Source: Zootoca vivipara (taxonomy: Eukaryota). Taken from it: a DNA stretch of 64,000 bases. Position 1 is the stretch's first letter. The number at the start of each line of letters is the position of its first letter. Of this stretch, positions 12,262 through 24,701 are shown in pieces. Location: NCBI RefSeq assembly GCF_963506605.1, contig NC_083288.1:43214001-43278000 (forward strand), written 5' to 3'. The notes beneath the pieces are model-generated. The model made no database searches. It saw only the letters and a program-made list of their open reading frames with translations, and was not told where the DNA came from. The position numbers were made by a program, and so were the translations under genes.

Positions 12262-12583
12262 CAGGGTTCCCCAAACTAAGGCCCAGGGGCTGGATGTGGC
12301 CCAATCGCCTTCTAAATCCGGCCCACGGACGGTCCGGGAATCAGCATGTTCTTACATGAGTAGAATGTGTGCTTTTATTTAACATGCATCTCAGGGTTAT
12401 TTGTGGGGCCTGCCTGGTGTTTTTACATGAGTAGAATGTGTGCTTTAATTTAAAATGCATCTCTGCGTTATTTGTGGGGCATAGGAATTTCTTCATATTT
12501 TCCCCCTGAAATATAGTCTGGCCCCCCACAAGGTCTGAGGGACAGGGGACCGGCCCTCTGCTGAAAAAGTTTGCTGAACCCTA
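12262..12583. mobile_element. hAT-type non-autonomous DNA transposon
   Basis: CAGGGTTC..AAACT / AGTTT..GAACCCTA termini, 8-bp TSD ATCTACAC; absent from G3 and G4. Confidence 0.85.
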
Positions 12584-13224
12584 ATCTACACTGTGATCTG
12601 ACAGTGGCCAACCAGATGGCCATGAGAAACCCATAAACAAGTCCTGACCATTACAGGAGACTTCTCAGCTCCCATTCCCAGAAACTGGGATTGAAAGGCA
12701 TAGTGCCTCCATTGGTGGGGAAAGAACATAACCACTCTGGTTAGTAGCTATCTCCCTCATTAAAAAGGTAACATCTTCATTTAAACTCATATAAGTTGGT
12801 AGCCATTGCTAACTCTTGTGGGAATGTATTTCACAGTTTACCTAAGTGCTTACTTTCTTTTTTCTTCCCTGGATCTTTCAAAATTCAGTTACCGTACATT
12901 GCATGTCCTCCAATTCTTATGGGATATGAGCATTTCCTCAAATTCTTATGTGTGTTTGTGTGTGATTTATCCACTTTCAAATCATGAGGTCTGTCCAGCA
13001 GAAGCAACAAAACCCACCACATGCATAATCCCTCTATTGTTGTGTGCATTTGTGGCTTTATTCTGCAATAAAAAATCAGGAGGAAAACCAGGCATTTCCA
13101 GAAGCACATAATGGATTTTCACAGTACTGCTTTTCATATCCCCTTCAGTGCTTCAATAACCTCTCTTGAATTTGCCAGCATGGAAGAGAAGCAGGTGTTC
13201 TTTTTTTATAAATAATACAGGAAT

Positions 13225-13358
13225 AGATTTAATAATCTGAAGGCAGCCCTGTTTAGGGAAGCTTTTAATATTTAATAGATTATTTTTATATTCTGTTGGA
13301 AGCCACCCAGAGTAGCTGGGGAAACGCAGCCAGATGGGCGGGGTATAAATAATAATAA

Positions 13359-13388
<30 letters not shown>
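13225..13388 (+). mobile_element. L2-like LINE 3' tail ending in (GTT)n at the exon 2 acceptor
   Basis: CTGAAGGCAGCCCTGTTTAGGGAAG matches the reverse complement of 57.9 kb; ends GGGCGGGGTATAAAT plus microsatellite. Confidence 0.65.
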
Positions 13389-13389
<1 letters not shown>

Positions 13390-13392
13390 CAG

Positions 13393-13684
13393 CGCAGTGA
13401 CAAAGAACTACCAGCATGTCCTTTCCTTAGTCTTTGCTGTGAATGAGGTCAACAAGAACCCCAACATTTTAGCCAACATCACTTTGGGCTTCCAGATCTT
13501 TGACAGCTACTGTGATGCAAAGATGACTTATCAGAATACTTTGAACCTCATCTCTCATGATAGGAAAACCATCCCCAACTACAAGTGTGGTCTTGAGAAG
13601 AACTTGATAGCTGCCATTGGGGGCCTTGACTCTGAAACTTCAAGCCACATGGCCTCCATCTTGGACCTTTATAAGATTCTACAG
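13393..13684 (+). CDS. V2R G2 exon 2
   Basis: 292 nt, AVTKNYQH..YKILQ|GT. Confidence 0.95.
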
Positions 13685-13850
13685 GTAGGACGAGTGTGGC
13701 TGGAATGAAGATTCCACAACTATGGCATATGATTTAGCCTTAGTGTATATTCCCAGGGCATTGGGAGGGGGAGAAGGAAAGGAGAATATTTTTGACTGGT
13801 TAAAACAAATAAGTCTTGCTTATTCTTAATATTTTAAATATTAAATAACA

Positions 13851-14027
13851 NNNNNNNNNNNNNNNNNNNNNNNNNNNNNNNNNNNNNNNNNNNNNNNNNN
13901 NNNNNNNNNNNNNNNNNNNNNNNNNNNNNNNNNNNNNNNNNNNNNNNNNNNNNNNNNNNNNNNNNNNNNNNNNNNNNNNNNNNNNNNNNNNNNNNNNNNN
14001 NNNNNNNNNNNNNNNNNNNNNNNNNNN
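13851..14027. other. Assembly gap (N run)
   Basis: 177 N. Confidence 0.99.
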
Positions 14028-14322
14028 GTTGTTTAGTCATTTAGTCATGTCCGACTCTTCGCGACCCCATGGACCATAGCACGCCAGGCACTCCTGTCTT
14101 GCACTGCCTCCCGCAGTTTGGTCAAACTCATGTTCGTAGCTTCTAGAACACTGTCCAACCATCTCATCCTCTGTCGTCCCCTTCTCCTTGTGCCCTCAAT
14201 CTTTCCCAACACCAGGGTCTTTTCCAGGTAGTCTTCTCTTCTCATGAGGTGGCCAAAGTATTGGAGCCTCAGCTTAACTGTCTGTCCTTCCAGTGAGCAC
14301 TCAGGGCTGATTTCCTTCAGAA
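14028..14322 (-). mobile_element. RTE-BovB LINE 3' fragment
   Basis: LEKTLVLGKIEGTRRRGRQRMRWLD, the BovB ORF C-terminus. Confidence 0.92.
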
Positions 14323-14710
14323 TGTATAATCATCTGTAAAAAAATCATGTCAGTAATCACCAGCTAATTATGCCAAACTCTGTCTCTGCGTCAAGAAAAA
14401 TGCTATGACAAAGAATTCAACCATTTCCAGTGATGAATTAGTTATCTGTAGAAAAGCATGTCATTAATTTCTGGCTGATTATGGCAAACATTACCTCTTC
14501 CGCACTATCACATGTCTGGTGGGCTTCAGTAATTTTCAGCCAAGTAAGTGGGCCCTTTGGCTATAAAACAATGAGAAGGTGTGAGGACCCATGCTTTAGA
14601 AGATTCTACAAATTTTGCTCTGAAGTATCATGTGGAAATCAGAGCTTTTTCCAGCAAGGCTGACTACTCAGCACTATTTTTGGTGTGGTGTAAACAGAAG
14701 GAACCCAGGT

Positions 14711-15057
14711 GGGACCCAGGTGGCGCTGTGGGTTAAACCACTGAGCCTAGGGCTTGCTGATCCGAAGGTCAGCGGTTCGAATCCCTGTGACGGGGTGAGC
14801 TCCCATTGCTTGGTCGCAGCTCCTGCCAATCTAGCAGTTCAAAAGCACGTCAAAGTGCAAGTGGATAAATAGGAACCGCTACAGCAGGAAGGTAAACGGC
14901 GTTTCCGTGTGCTGCTCTGGTTCGCCAGAAGTGGCTTTCTCATGCTGGCCACATGACCTGGAAGCTATATGCCGGCTCCCTCGGCCAATAATGTGAGATG
15001 AGCGCGCAACCCCAGAGTCGGTCATGACTGGACCTAATGGGTCAGGGGTCCCTTTAG
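14711..15057 (+). mobile_element. Sauria SINE
   Basis: Same sequence family as 6172-6525. Confidence 0.9.
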
Positions 15058-15364
15058 ATTGGTGTGAGCTGGATTGGTGTGATGAAAATGCACCAATGGA
15101 TCCAATCCAACACAAACCATAAGGCATTTGCACTGTTCCAACCTCTCTCCCATCCTCTATCCTCCCAATACATCTCAGAGACTCTTGTCCCAAGAGGCCA
15201 AATAAGTTCCCCTTACCCACTTCACAGCCACTACTGCCTATAAGACATGGCAAACATAGAAAAATGAGCAGCAGGAATGAGGAAAAACGAATTCTTAAAC
15301 TCAGAAAGTTATTGAAATTGTCAGCTTGATTAGAAAACCTAAAACAGATGAGGAGTGCCTAAAT

Positions 15365-15500
15365 CAGGCATCCCCAAACTTCAGCCCTCCAGATGTTTTG
15401 GACTACAATTCCCATCTTCCCTGACCACTGGTCCTCTTAGCTAGGGATCATGGGAGTTGTAGGCCAAAACATCTGGAGGGCTGCAGTTTGGGGGTGCCTG
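15365..15500. mobile_element. Palindromic 136-bp hAT MITE
   Basis: CAGGCA..CCCCAAACT TIRs, 8-bp TSD (G/A)CCTAAAT. Confidence 0.9.
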
Positions 15501-15657
15501 ACCTAAATAATACTGACCTATCATCTGAGTTAATGGAAGAGTTCTGGTCCCAATCTCTCCCTCTACTGAAACATGATGTACTAAAAATGTGTTTGATTAT
15601 GTAAAGACAAATAAATATCCTACATGGTGATTTAAAAATCCCTCTGTTCTTTGCTAG

Positions 15658-16497
15658 ATCACCTATTCTTCATTTACTCCAGCGGTGAGTGGAAAAGACC
15701 ATATTTCTTCCTTTTACCAAATGGCTCCCAGTGAAACACATCAATACACGGGCATTGTGCAGCTTCTTCTCTATTTCCATTGGAAGTGGGTTGGGATATT
15801 TGTCACAGCTGATGATAAAGGAGAAACGTTTGTGAAAATGTTGAATCGCCAGCTTTCCCGGAATGGCATCTGTATAGCTGTCACTGAGAGAGTGGTAAAC
15901 TACAGTGGTTTTGGTGATACTGGGTTGATAGAGAAATGTCAGAATATGGCTGAGTCCCTAAGCAAAACAAACGTCAATGTATTTGTTGTCAATGCAGACA
16001 AAAACACCAAGACAGGTTTGCAATGGCTGCTACTAATAGGCATAATGATGAGTGTGAGTCCCATAAACAAAGTGTGGGTTATGACCGCTGACTGGGATTT
16101 CTCATCGGAACCATATCACAAAGATCTGGATATACGAAACTTCCATGGTGCCTTATCCTTTGCCATTCATTCCAGTGAGGTTAAGGGGTTCCACCATTTT
16201 CTCCTGAACCTAAATCCCCACTCTGAGGCCGATGGCTTTATTAGGTTGTTCTGGCAACAGGCATTCGGTTGCCGATTTCTAGATGTGGAAACGGAGAAGA
16301 AATCCTGCAGTGGTGAGGAGAAGCTGGAGAGCCTTCCTGGGGCTTTTTTTGAAATGCAAATGACCAGCCAAAGCTACAGCATCTACAATGCCGTCTATGC
16401 TGTGGCGCATGCTTTGCATGCCATGTTGGCATCCAGAACCAAACATGGAGAGATGGTGCTTGGTGACTATCTGAGACCTCAAAAGCTACATTTCCAG
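15658..16497 (+). CDS. V2R G2 exon 3
   Basis: 840 nt, ITYSSF..FYQMAP..LHFQ|GT. Confidence 0.95.
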
Positions 16498-16654
16498 GTA
16501 ATGTCTAGCATGGAAAGCAGATAATTTTTTTTAATGAATAGCCCAAGCATATGACTAAATCTTGGAGAGCACATACAGAGGCTTCCACATCCATAGAAAA
16601 TGTTGTTGTTTTTTCATTTGGTTCTTTGGAAAGTTGTATGTATTTATTATTATA

Positions 16655-17158
16655 AGGCATGGGTGGGCAAACTTTTTCTGCGGGCGGGCCGGACCGTGAA
16701 TGCACACACACAAGCCTTCCCTCCCTCCCACCCACCCTCCTTCCCTCAAAAAAGAAGTTGCACAGCGGCGGAGGCGCAAGCTGCATCTGGGGAGGCATCG
16801 CGTACAGGGGGCCAGAAGAGTGGCACGGTGGGGGGGGGGGGAGGTCGGTCACCGCTGGCGCTGCTCCCTCAGGCAGTCGCAGCGGCATAACTTTTCCTGA
16901 TAAGGGGAGGTGAGAACCGAGGTGAGTCAGTGGGAGATGTGAGACTGCGAGAGATTATGTCGCAAAGCACTGCTAGGATGAGTGTGAGGGAAGTCGAGGG
17001 TAGAAGGATTACTTTGTGCCAGAGGGGAGCGCGTGCGAGCGCTGGCGAGCTCTCTGCGTTCCAAGTCCCAATGGCTGTCCGTGGGGCACATGCGCAGTAG
17101 CGCAAACCCAGGGACACAGGGACTGGACGCAGAGACACTTGCACTTTATTATATATGA
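16655..17158 (-). mobile_element. GC-rich composite insert with Helitron-like 5' end
   Basis: Minus strand starts A|TCATATATAATAAAG and matches 35620 onward; left end resembles a hAT terminus. Confidence 0.5.
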
Positions 17159-17796
17159 TTTCTGATGCTATCTCAATGAAATCTGATATAAAATGCCACA
17201 ATTAAAAGTGCTAACAAACACAATTGCAACCTTGTTTTTTCTACCCAAACATGACATATATTTCTATCTAATTGTGATAAAAACTACTGAAGTACTTTCT
17301 TCTGTTTTGTCAAGCAACACACAGTTTCATTGGTTTGTGAAATTGGATAAGCAGTACAAGAGTTTTTGTTGTATTAAAGTATACGGAAGCATGCTGGCAA
17401 ATTAAAGTCAAATGTCTTGCTAATACTGCAATGTTTGCATGGTTTTAGATGGTGCTGAAAAGAGTTGAATGGAAATGTTGAACTTAAATTTAAACCTCCT
17501 GTCCAACATGTGTGGAGAAATCTGAGGCCAAACAGGCTGTGAAGCCTGTTTTTTTAGCAGAGTAAAACCACTTATGCAATTTGCACCATCCTGGAAGCTA
17601 AGAAATAGGAAATTCCACGATTTATCCCTGTTTATTTGTGTTCTGCTGATCTTTCCTCTGTTTCTACCTGTTGCTAAGAATAAACCACACAAATTTGAAA
17701 AACTAAAAAGGTTGACTTACATTCAATGAAGGCAGCTACTTCTTCTAGGCAAAAAAATGCTTCTTAGTTTCAAAAATGGAATCTGGGCAGGTATGT

Positions 17797-18073
17797 GGCT
17801 AGAATTGAATGGAATGGAATAGAACAGAATAGAATAGAATAGAATAGAATAGAATCATAGAGTTGGAAGAGACCACAAGGGCCATCCAGTCCAACCCCCT
17901 GCCAAGCAGGAAACACCATCAAAGCATTCTTGACATATGCCTGTCAAGCCTCTGCTTAAAGACCTCCAAAGAAGGAGACTCCACCACACTCCTTGGTAGC
18001 AAATCCCACTGCCGAACAGCTCTTACTGTCAAGAAGTTCTTTCTAATGTTTAGGTGGAATCTTTTTTCTTGTA
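17797..18073 (-). mobile_element. Short young CR1 3' fragment with (ATTCT)n tail
   Basis: Near-identical to 18489-18725; absent from G3 and G4. Confidence 0.92.
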
Positions 18074-18200
18074 GTCTCCCCCTAAAACTCAAGGGGAGTT
18101 TCAACAAATACTGTGAATCTATCCCAGCATGAGAAAACAGAAGCTTTTTGGTATGTTCACTATTTCTACACAGTTTACCATTCTCTTTCTTCCACTGAAG

Positions 18201-18428
18201 CTTCAACCTTTCCTGGGGAATTTGTTGTTTAACAACGGTGTGGGAGATACTGTCTTTTTTAATGAGAAACGTGAGCTAGAAGGTGGATTTGATATTATCA
18301 ACTGGGTGACTTTCCCAAATAAGTCCTTCTTAAGAGTGAAAGTTGGGGAAATGGATCCCCAAGCTCCACTGGGCAGTGATTTCTCCATTGATGAAAAGAT
18401 CATTACATGGCACCCGAGTTTTAACCAG
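18201..18428 (+). CDS. V2R G2 exon 4
   Basis: 228 nt, LQPFLGNLLFNNGVG..FNQ|GT; AAG acceptor. Confidence 0.93.
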
Positions 18429-18488
18429 GTAGGACCCAATTGCAGCTTCTGAGGTGTATAGGTAGACATTCACCAGATTTGTTTTATA

Positions 18489-19897
18489 GAATCATAGAAT
18501 CATAGAATCATAGAGTTGGAAGAGACCACAAGGGCCATCCAGTCCAACCCCCTGCCAAGCAGGAAACACCATCAAAGCATTCCTGACAGATGGCTGTCAA
18601 GCCTCTGCTTAAAGACCTCCAAAGAAGGAGACTCCACCACACTCCTTGGCAGAAAATTCCACTGCCGAACAGCTCTTACTGTCAGGAAGTTCTTCCTAAT
18701 GTTTAGGTGGAATTTTCTTTCTTGTAGTTTGAATCCGTTGCTCCGTGTCCGCTTCTCTGGAGCAGCAGAAAACAACCTTTCTCCCTCCTCTATATGACAT
18801 CCTTTTATATATTTGAACATGGTTATCATATCATCCCTTAACCTTCTCTTCTCCAGGCTAAACATACCCAGCTCCCTAAGCCGTTCCTCATAAGGCATCG
18901 TTTCCAGGCCTTTGACCATTTTGGTTGCCCTCTTCTGGACACGTTCCAGCTTATCAGTATCCTTCTTGAACTGTGGTGCCCAGAACTGGACACAGTACTC
19001 CAGGTGAGGTCTGACCAGAGCAGAATACAGTGGTATTATTACTTCCCTTGATCTAGATGCTATACTCCTATTGATGCAGCCCAGAATTGCATTGGCTTTT
19101 TTAGCTGCTGCATCACACTGCTGACTCATGTCAAGTTTGTGGTCTACCAAGACTCCTAGATCCTTTTCACATGTACTGCTCTCAAGCCAGGTGTCTCCCA
19201 TCCTGTATTTGTGCCTTTCATTTTTTTTTGCCCAAGTGTAGTACTTTACATTTCTCCTTGTTAAAATTCATCTTGTTTGCTTTGGCCCAGTTGTCTAATC
19301 TGTTAAGGTCATTCTGAAGTGTGATCCTGTCCTCTGGGGTGTTAGCCACCCCTCCCAATTTGGTGTCATCTGCAAACTTGCTCAGGATGCCCTCAAGCCC
19401 ATCATCCAAGTCATTGATAAAGATGTTGAACAAGACTGGGCCCAAGACAGAACCCTGTGGCACCCCACTAGTCACTACTCTCCAGGATGAGGAGGAGCCA
19501 TTGATGAGCACCCTTTGGGTTCGGTCAGTAAGCCAGTTACAAATCCACTGAATGGTAGCATTGTCTAGCCCACATTTTACCAGCTTCTTTACAAGAATAT
19601 CATGGGGCACCTTGTCAAAGGCCTTGCTGAAATCAAGATAGGCTACATCCACAGCATTCCCTTCATCTACCAGGCTTGTAATTCTGTCAAAAAATGAGAT
19701 CAGGTTAGTCTGACATGACTTATTTTTCAGGAACCCATGCTGACTTTTAGTGATCACAGAGTTTCTTTCTAGGTGCTCACAGACTGTTTGCTTAATGATC
19801 TGCACTAGAATCTTTCCTGGTATTGATGTCAGGCTGACTGGGCGGTAATTGTTTGGGTCCTCTCTTTTTCCCTTTTTGAAAGTCCTCTCTTTTCCCC
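18489..19897 (-). mobile_element. Young 5'-truncated CR1 LINE (RT domain)
   Basis: [34 protein letters not shown]; one frameshift in an A-run near 19221; TTTTATA TSD. Confidence 0.97.
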
Positions 19898-20235
19898 TTT
19901 TATAACCATGTACACCCTGATAGAAGGAGTTCCTTTTAGCTGCATTGATTTCTGTTGTCCCCATGTTTCATAAGTTATTTTTCTTAATGTGTAATGTGAA
20001 TTAAAAATCCAGTAATTAAATATATGTTTCAGAATGAGAACATCCATATGTAACAAGCACAGAAAGCATGCAATGCTAAATTGTGCTTCGTAGGAATCTT
20101 CAGTTTCATTTCTGTGATTCATTTCTTTAAAGGTACTAAGTTGCCACTTCTCATCTTTAAAAGCATATTATAAAAGGGAAATGCATATCAGTAGATACAT
20201 TGTCATGCACATTTTCTTTCTCTGAGCCATTTTCT

Positions 20236-20380
20236 GGCTGAGTGGTTCAGTTGGTTATAGCATGGTGCTGATAATGCAAAGGTCATAGGTTTCATTCTTT
20301 TAGACCACTGTATATTCCTGCATTGTGGGGGTGTTGGAATACATGATCCTCAGAGTCCCTTCCAACTCTATGATTCTATT
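20236..20380 (+). mobile_element. tRNA-Ile-derived SINE with CR1-type tail (paralog of 46075-46220)
   Basis: GGTTCAGTTGGTTATAGCATGGTGCTGATAATGC head; TTCCAACTCTATGATTCTA tail. Confidence 0.75.
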
Positions 20381-20437
20381 ATCTTTATTGGCTTGAATAT
20401 GCACAGATATTGGTGATTGTCACAACCATTGTAAAGT

Positions 20438-20930
20438 TGTTGTTGTTTAGTCGTTTAGTCGTGTCCGACTCTTCATGACCCCATGGACCATAGCACGCCA
20501 GGCACTCCTGTCTTCCAATGCCTCCCGCAGTTTGGTCAGACTCATGTTGGTAGCTTCGAGAACACTGTCCAACCATCTCATCCTCTGTCGCCCCCTTCTC
20601 CTTGTGCCCTCAATCTTTCCCAACATCAGGGTCTTTTCCAGGGAGTCTTCTCTTCTCATGAGGTGGCCAAAGTATTGGAGCCTCAGCTTCAGGATCTGTC
20701 CTTCCAGTGAGCACTCAGGGCTGATTTCCTTAAGAATGGATAGGTTTGATCTTCTTGCAGTCCATGGGACTCTAAAGAGTCTCCTCCAGCACCATAATTC
20801 AAAAGCATCAATTCTTCCGTGATCAGCCTTCTTTTTGGACCAACTCTCACTTCCATACATCACTACTGGGAAAACCATAGCTTTAACTATACAGACCTTT
20901 GTCGGCAAGGTGATGTCTCTACTTTTTAAG
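20438..20930 (-). mobile_element. Young RTE-BovB 3' fragment
   Basis: Open 153-codon BovB C-terminus, (CAA)n tail, 9-bp TSD TTGTAAAGT. Confidence 0.95.
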
Positions 20931-21065
20931 TTGTAAAGTGGTGGTAATTAATTTTTTTAAAACCCTCTGGGTGCCTTATTTCAATGCAGCAGCCAATTGA
21001 TGAAAAGGGAAAGAACAAACAAGAATTCAATAGAATACATGCAATACCTTCTCTTTTATGGGCAG

Positions 21066-21192
21066 GTGGTGCCCCTTGCCTTGTGTAATGATCACTGCCA
21101 TCCAGGTTACAGCAGACAAAGGAAAGAGGGGGAACCATTTTGCTGCTATGATTGTACTCCATGTCCAGAAGGGAAGATTTCAAACCAGACAG
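21066..21192 (+). CDS. V2R G2 exon 5
   Basis: 127 nt, [19 protein letters not shown]. Confidence 0.95.
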
Positions 21193-21294
21193 GTAGGGGA
21201 CTGTATTCTATAGTATATCAACTATATTGAGAACATGTTTGTTGCTAGCTATTTGTGATAAATAGACGCCTTACACAAGACTTGAAGATAAATC

Positions 21295-22170
21295 ACCACG
21301 AAAGCTAAATATTTGGGGATCTGGATTACAAATAAAAATACCAATTTATATAAGTATAATTATGTGAAGAAGTGGAAAGATATTTAAATAAATGGAATAA
21401 ATTGAACTTGTCTTTATGGGGTAGGATATCCTTGTTAAAAATATTAATTATCCCAAAAATGCTCTTTCTTTGCCAGAGGATCCTATTGGGACAAAATGTT
21501 TTAAAGGCTGGCAAAGGGATCTTTCTAATTTTAATTGGCCGTGTAAGAAGCCAAGAGTAAGGTTCAAGGTATTGATGGAGCCCAGAGAAAGGGGCGGGTT
21601 CACGGTCCCAGACCTCACACTCTATTTTGAGGCCACATGTATGACATGGCTGAAAGATTGGATGTTACTGACAGATTTGGAAATCCTCGACCTGGAGGGC
21701 TGGGACAAAGTTTTTGGGTGGCATGGCTACCTGGGTTATGACTAAAAGCACATAGAGGCTTTACTAATTATTTGGTGAAAAAGGCCCTATTCAAAGTTTG
21801 GGAAAGAAATAAAATAGTAACAACCAAAACTCCCTGGTGGCTTTCGCCTATAGAGTCATCAGCCATGCATAGAAATAATATGAAGGACAGTTGGCTAACA
21901 TATAGGGAACTTGTAGAAGAGATAAAGGATTGCCCGACAGTGAAGAAGTTTGAAGAATTAAAGGGGGGGGGGGTAAATTGGTTTGAATATTTCCAATTAA
22001 AAACAATATTTGAGAAGGATAATAAACTTAAGGGGTTTGATAAAAAAAAAAGATCTCGGTACAGGAAAAGGAAATTTTATACAACAACCAACAGACTCTC
22101 TCAAAAATATATAAATTGTTACAAAATGGAAAAATAGAAAAAGGAGGAGAAAGGTGACGCTATTAAAAAA
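21295..22170 (+). mobile_element. L1 ORF2 internal fragment, frameshifted
   Basis: KYLGI..WNKLNLSLWGRISLLK..PK..KKPRV..RGGFTVPDL..Y post-RT motifs. Confidence 0.85.
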
Positions 22171-22263
22171 TAGTTCACAAATGGGGACACTACTTCCGGT
22201 TTTGCGGAGTTCGTAAACTGCATAGTTCGTAATCAGGGCTGTTCTTAAACCGAGATTCCACTG
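22170..22263. mobile_element. Half Tigger-like MITE
   Basis: Reverse complement of the left part of 61464-61802; ends CCACTG|TA. Confidence 0.7.
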
Positions 22264-22927
22264 TACAAGTGTTCTATCATGAGCGATATTATAAATAGCT
22301 AACCAGCATATCTTCTGCTTACCTCCACACCTGAAAACTTCATGGATTGCATGGACAGCAACTTTCTTTATCACCAAAATTCTAGAATTGTCAATTCACG
22401 GGTATTTTTTTGACCATATTCCTAGGTGTGTTAACTAGGTTATATTAGCACCTCCTGTTAATATTAAGCTTCTTTTCGGGGATAGGAAATGCTTTCAATA
22501 TTGGTAAATGAAATTTCCTATTTTACAACCATTTCTACCGGCAGGCTGTTAAACATTAATGTTTAATGAATATTTCTGCATCCAGATATCTTGAAAGATC
22601 TTATTGCTAGAATAGGGACTTTCCCCCTCTAAACACAACAAATTTCAATTCTATGGATATGTAAACACAAAGAAACATTTATGGAGCTTATCATTTAGAT
22701 TTAATTCTGATTTAACTATCCACTGGAAAGAATCCTTGAAAGATAGCTTACTTTATAGACAAAGCATGTTAACATTCTAACAATTTCCTAAAAAAAGGAG
22801 TTTTGTATTGTGCACACTGTAAATTACATGTAAAATTCAAACATTCCTGATCCTATACCATAAATAGTAGTATCTCAGTGAGACTCAAAATGCTATAACT
22901 GTAATCCTGATTTCATTATACTGCAAG

Positions 22928-23829
22928 ATATGGATGATTGCTTCCAGTGCCAAGAAGATCAGTATCCCCACCAAGAGAGAAACCAATGCATTACCAAGAA
23001 AGAAAACTTCTTATCTTATGAAGCACCTTTAGGCATCAGTTTGGCTCTTCTGGCTCTGGCTTTTTCTGCAACTACAGCTTTGGTGTTTGGAATCTTCATC
23101 AAACATCAAAAGACTCCCATTGTCAAAGCCAACAACCGGAATCTCACCTACACCCTGCTCATCTCCCTCCTGCTCTGCTTCCTCTGCTCCTTGTTATTCA
23201 TTGGCCGCCCCCAGTTACTGACCTGCAATCTACGACAAACTGCCTTTGGTATCATCTTCTCAGTGGCTGTTTCCTCTGTTTTGGCTAAAACCCTCACTGT
23301 GGTTCTGGCTTTCATGGCTACCAAGCCAGGATCCAAGATGAGGAAATGGGTGGGGAAAAGATTTTCAACCTCTATTGTTCTTGGTTGTGCTTCTGTCCAG
23401 GGAAGTATTTGTATAGTATGGCTCTGTACTGACCCTCCTTTTCCAGATTTGGACATGCACTCTCTGCCAAAGGAAATCATAGTGGAATGCAATGAAGGTT
23501 CAGCCAACATGTTCCACTATGTTCTCGGTTACATGGGGTTGCTGGCTCTTGTCAGCTCCGTTGTGGCTTTCTTTGCTCGGAAGCTGCCAGACACTTTTAA
23601 TGAAGCCAAATTTATCACTTTCAGCATGTTGGTGTTTTGCAGTGTGTGGCTTTCTTTTGTTCCAACCTACTTAAGCACCAAAGGGAAGTACATGGTGGCT
23701 GTGGAGATCTTCTCCATCTTGGCCTCCAGTGCTGGGACCTTGGGTTGTATCTTCTCCCCCAAATGCTATATTATTGTCTTCAAGCCTGAACTCAACTCGA
23801 AAGAGCAGCTAAAAAAGAGAAATAAGTAA
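22928..23829 (+). CDS. V2R G2 exon 6 (7TM)
   Basis: AAG|ATATG, open to TAA, class C 7TM motifs. Confidence 0.97.
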
Positions 23830-24527
23830 CAATCTAACTATTGAAATCATATAGTGGATACCTTTTAAAACATTTCAAGGTTTGTTTGTTTGTTTCTTTG
23901 TTTGGGAAGAGTTCACCTTTCTCTTGATATAAATGTTGCTTACTACCAGAAATTCATTTGTCGAAATATGGAAAACCTTGCTGTACTTGCAATTTGCTCC
24001 GGTATAAAAATATGTTTAGCAGTAGCTGAAAAATTCGCTCATAAATAATGTGTTGCCGATTCCATGAATATCATGAAAAATTCTGTACAGTTTGGTGGGA
24101 TTTTATCATGTACAGTACACAACAAATAAAGACCTACAGGATTCCCGTTCCATGGTACAACGTGAAATTTGGCCTTCCTAATGGTCTTACGTTCTTGACT
24201 TCTCTAATTTAAATATATTTCGGATATATTGCTTTTATGTATTTGTACTTGCACACCTATTATTTTTATTATATTGCTCTGCTTCATTTACTGCAATTAA
24301 TTAATATAGAACATGTGATAGTAGAGGTGGAAGAGACCCTGAAGGTCATCCATTCCCAACCCCTGAATGCAGGAATCTCAGCTAAAGCACCCATGACAGA
24401 TGGCCATCCAACCTCTGCTTTAAAACCTCCAATGAAGATGAGTCCACTACTTTCTGATGGAATCCCTTCTGCTGTCTAATAGCTCTTACTGACAGAAAGT
24501 TCTTCCTGATGTTTAATTGGAATCTCA

Positions 24528-24701
24528 TTTCTTCCCAACCTACTTATGCACCAAAGGGAAATAAATGGTGGCTGTGGAGATCTTTTCCATCTTGGTCGCC
24601 AGTGCGCAGATTTTGGGTTGTATCTTCTCCCCAAAATGTTATACCACTTTCCTCAGGCCTGAACTCACCAGAAAAGAGCAACTAAAAAGAGAAATAAGTA
24701 A
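24528..24701 (+). pseudogene. Orphan V2R TM7/C-tail fused to a CR1 fragment
   Basis: [23 protein letters not shown]; premature TAA 24562-24564 and 1-nt deletion near the end. Confidence 0.9.
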
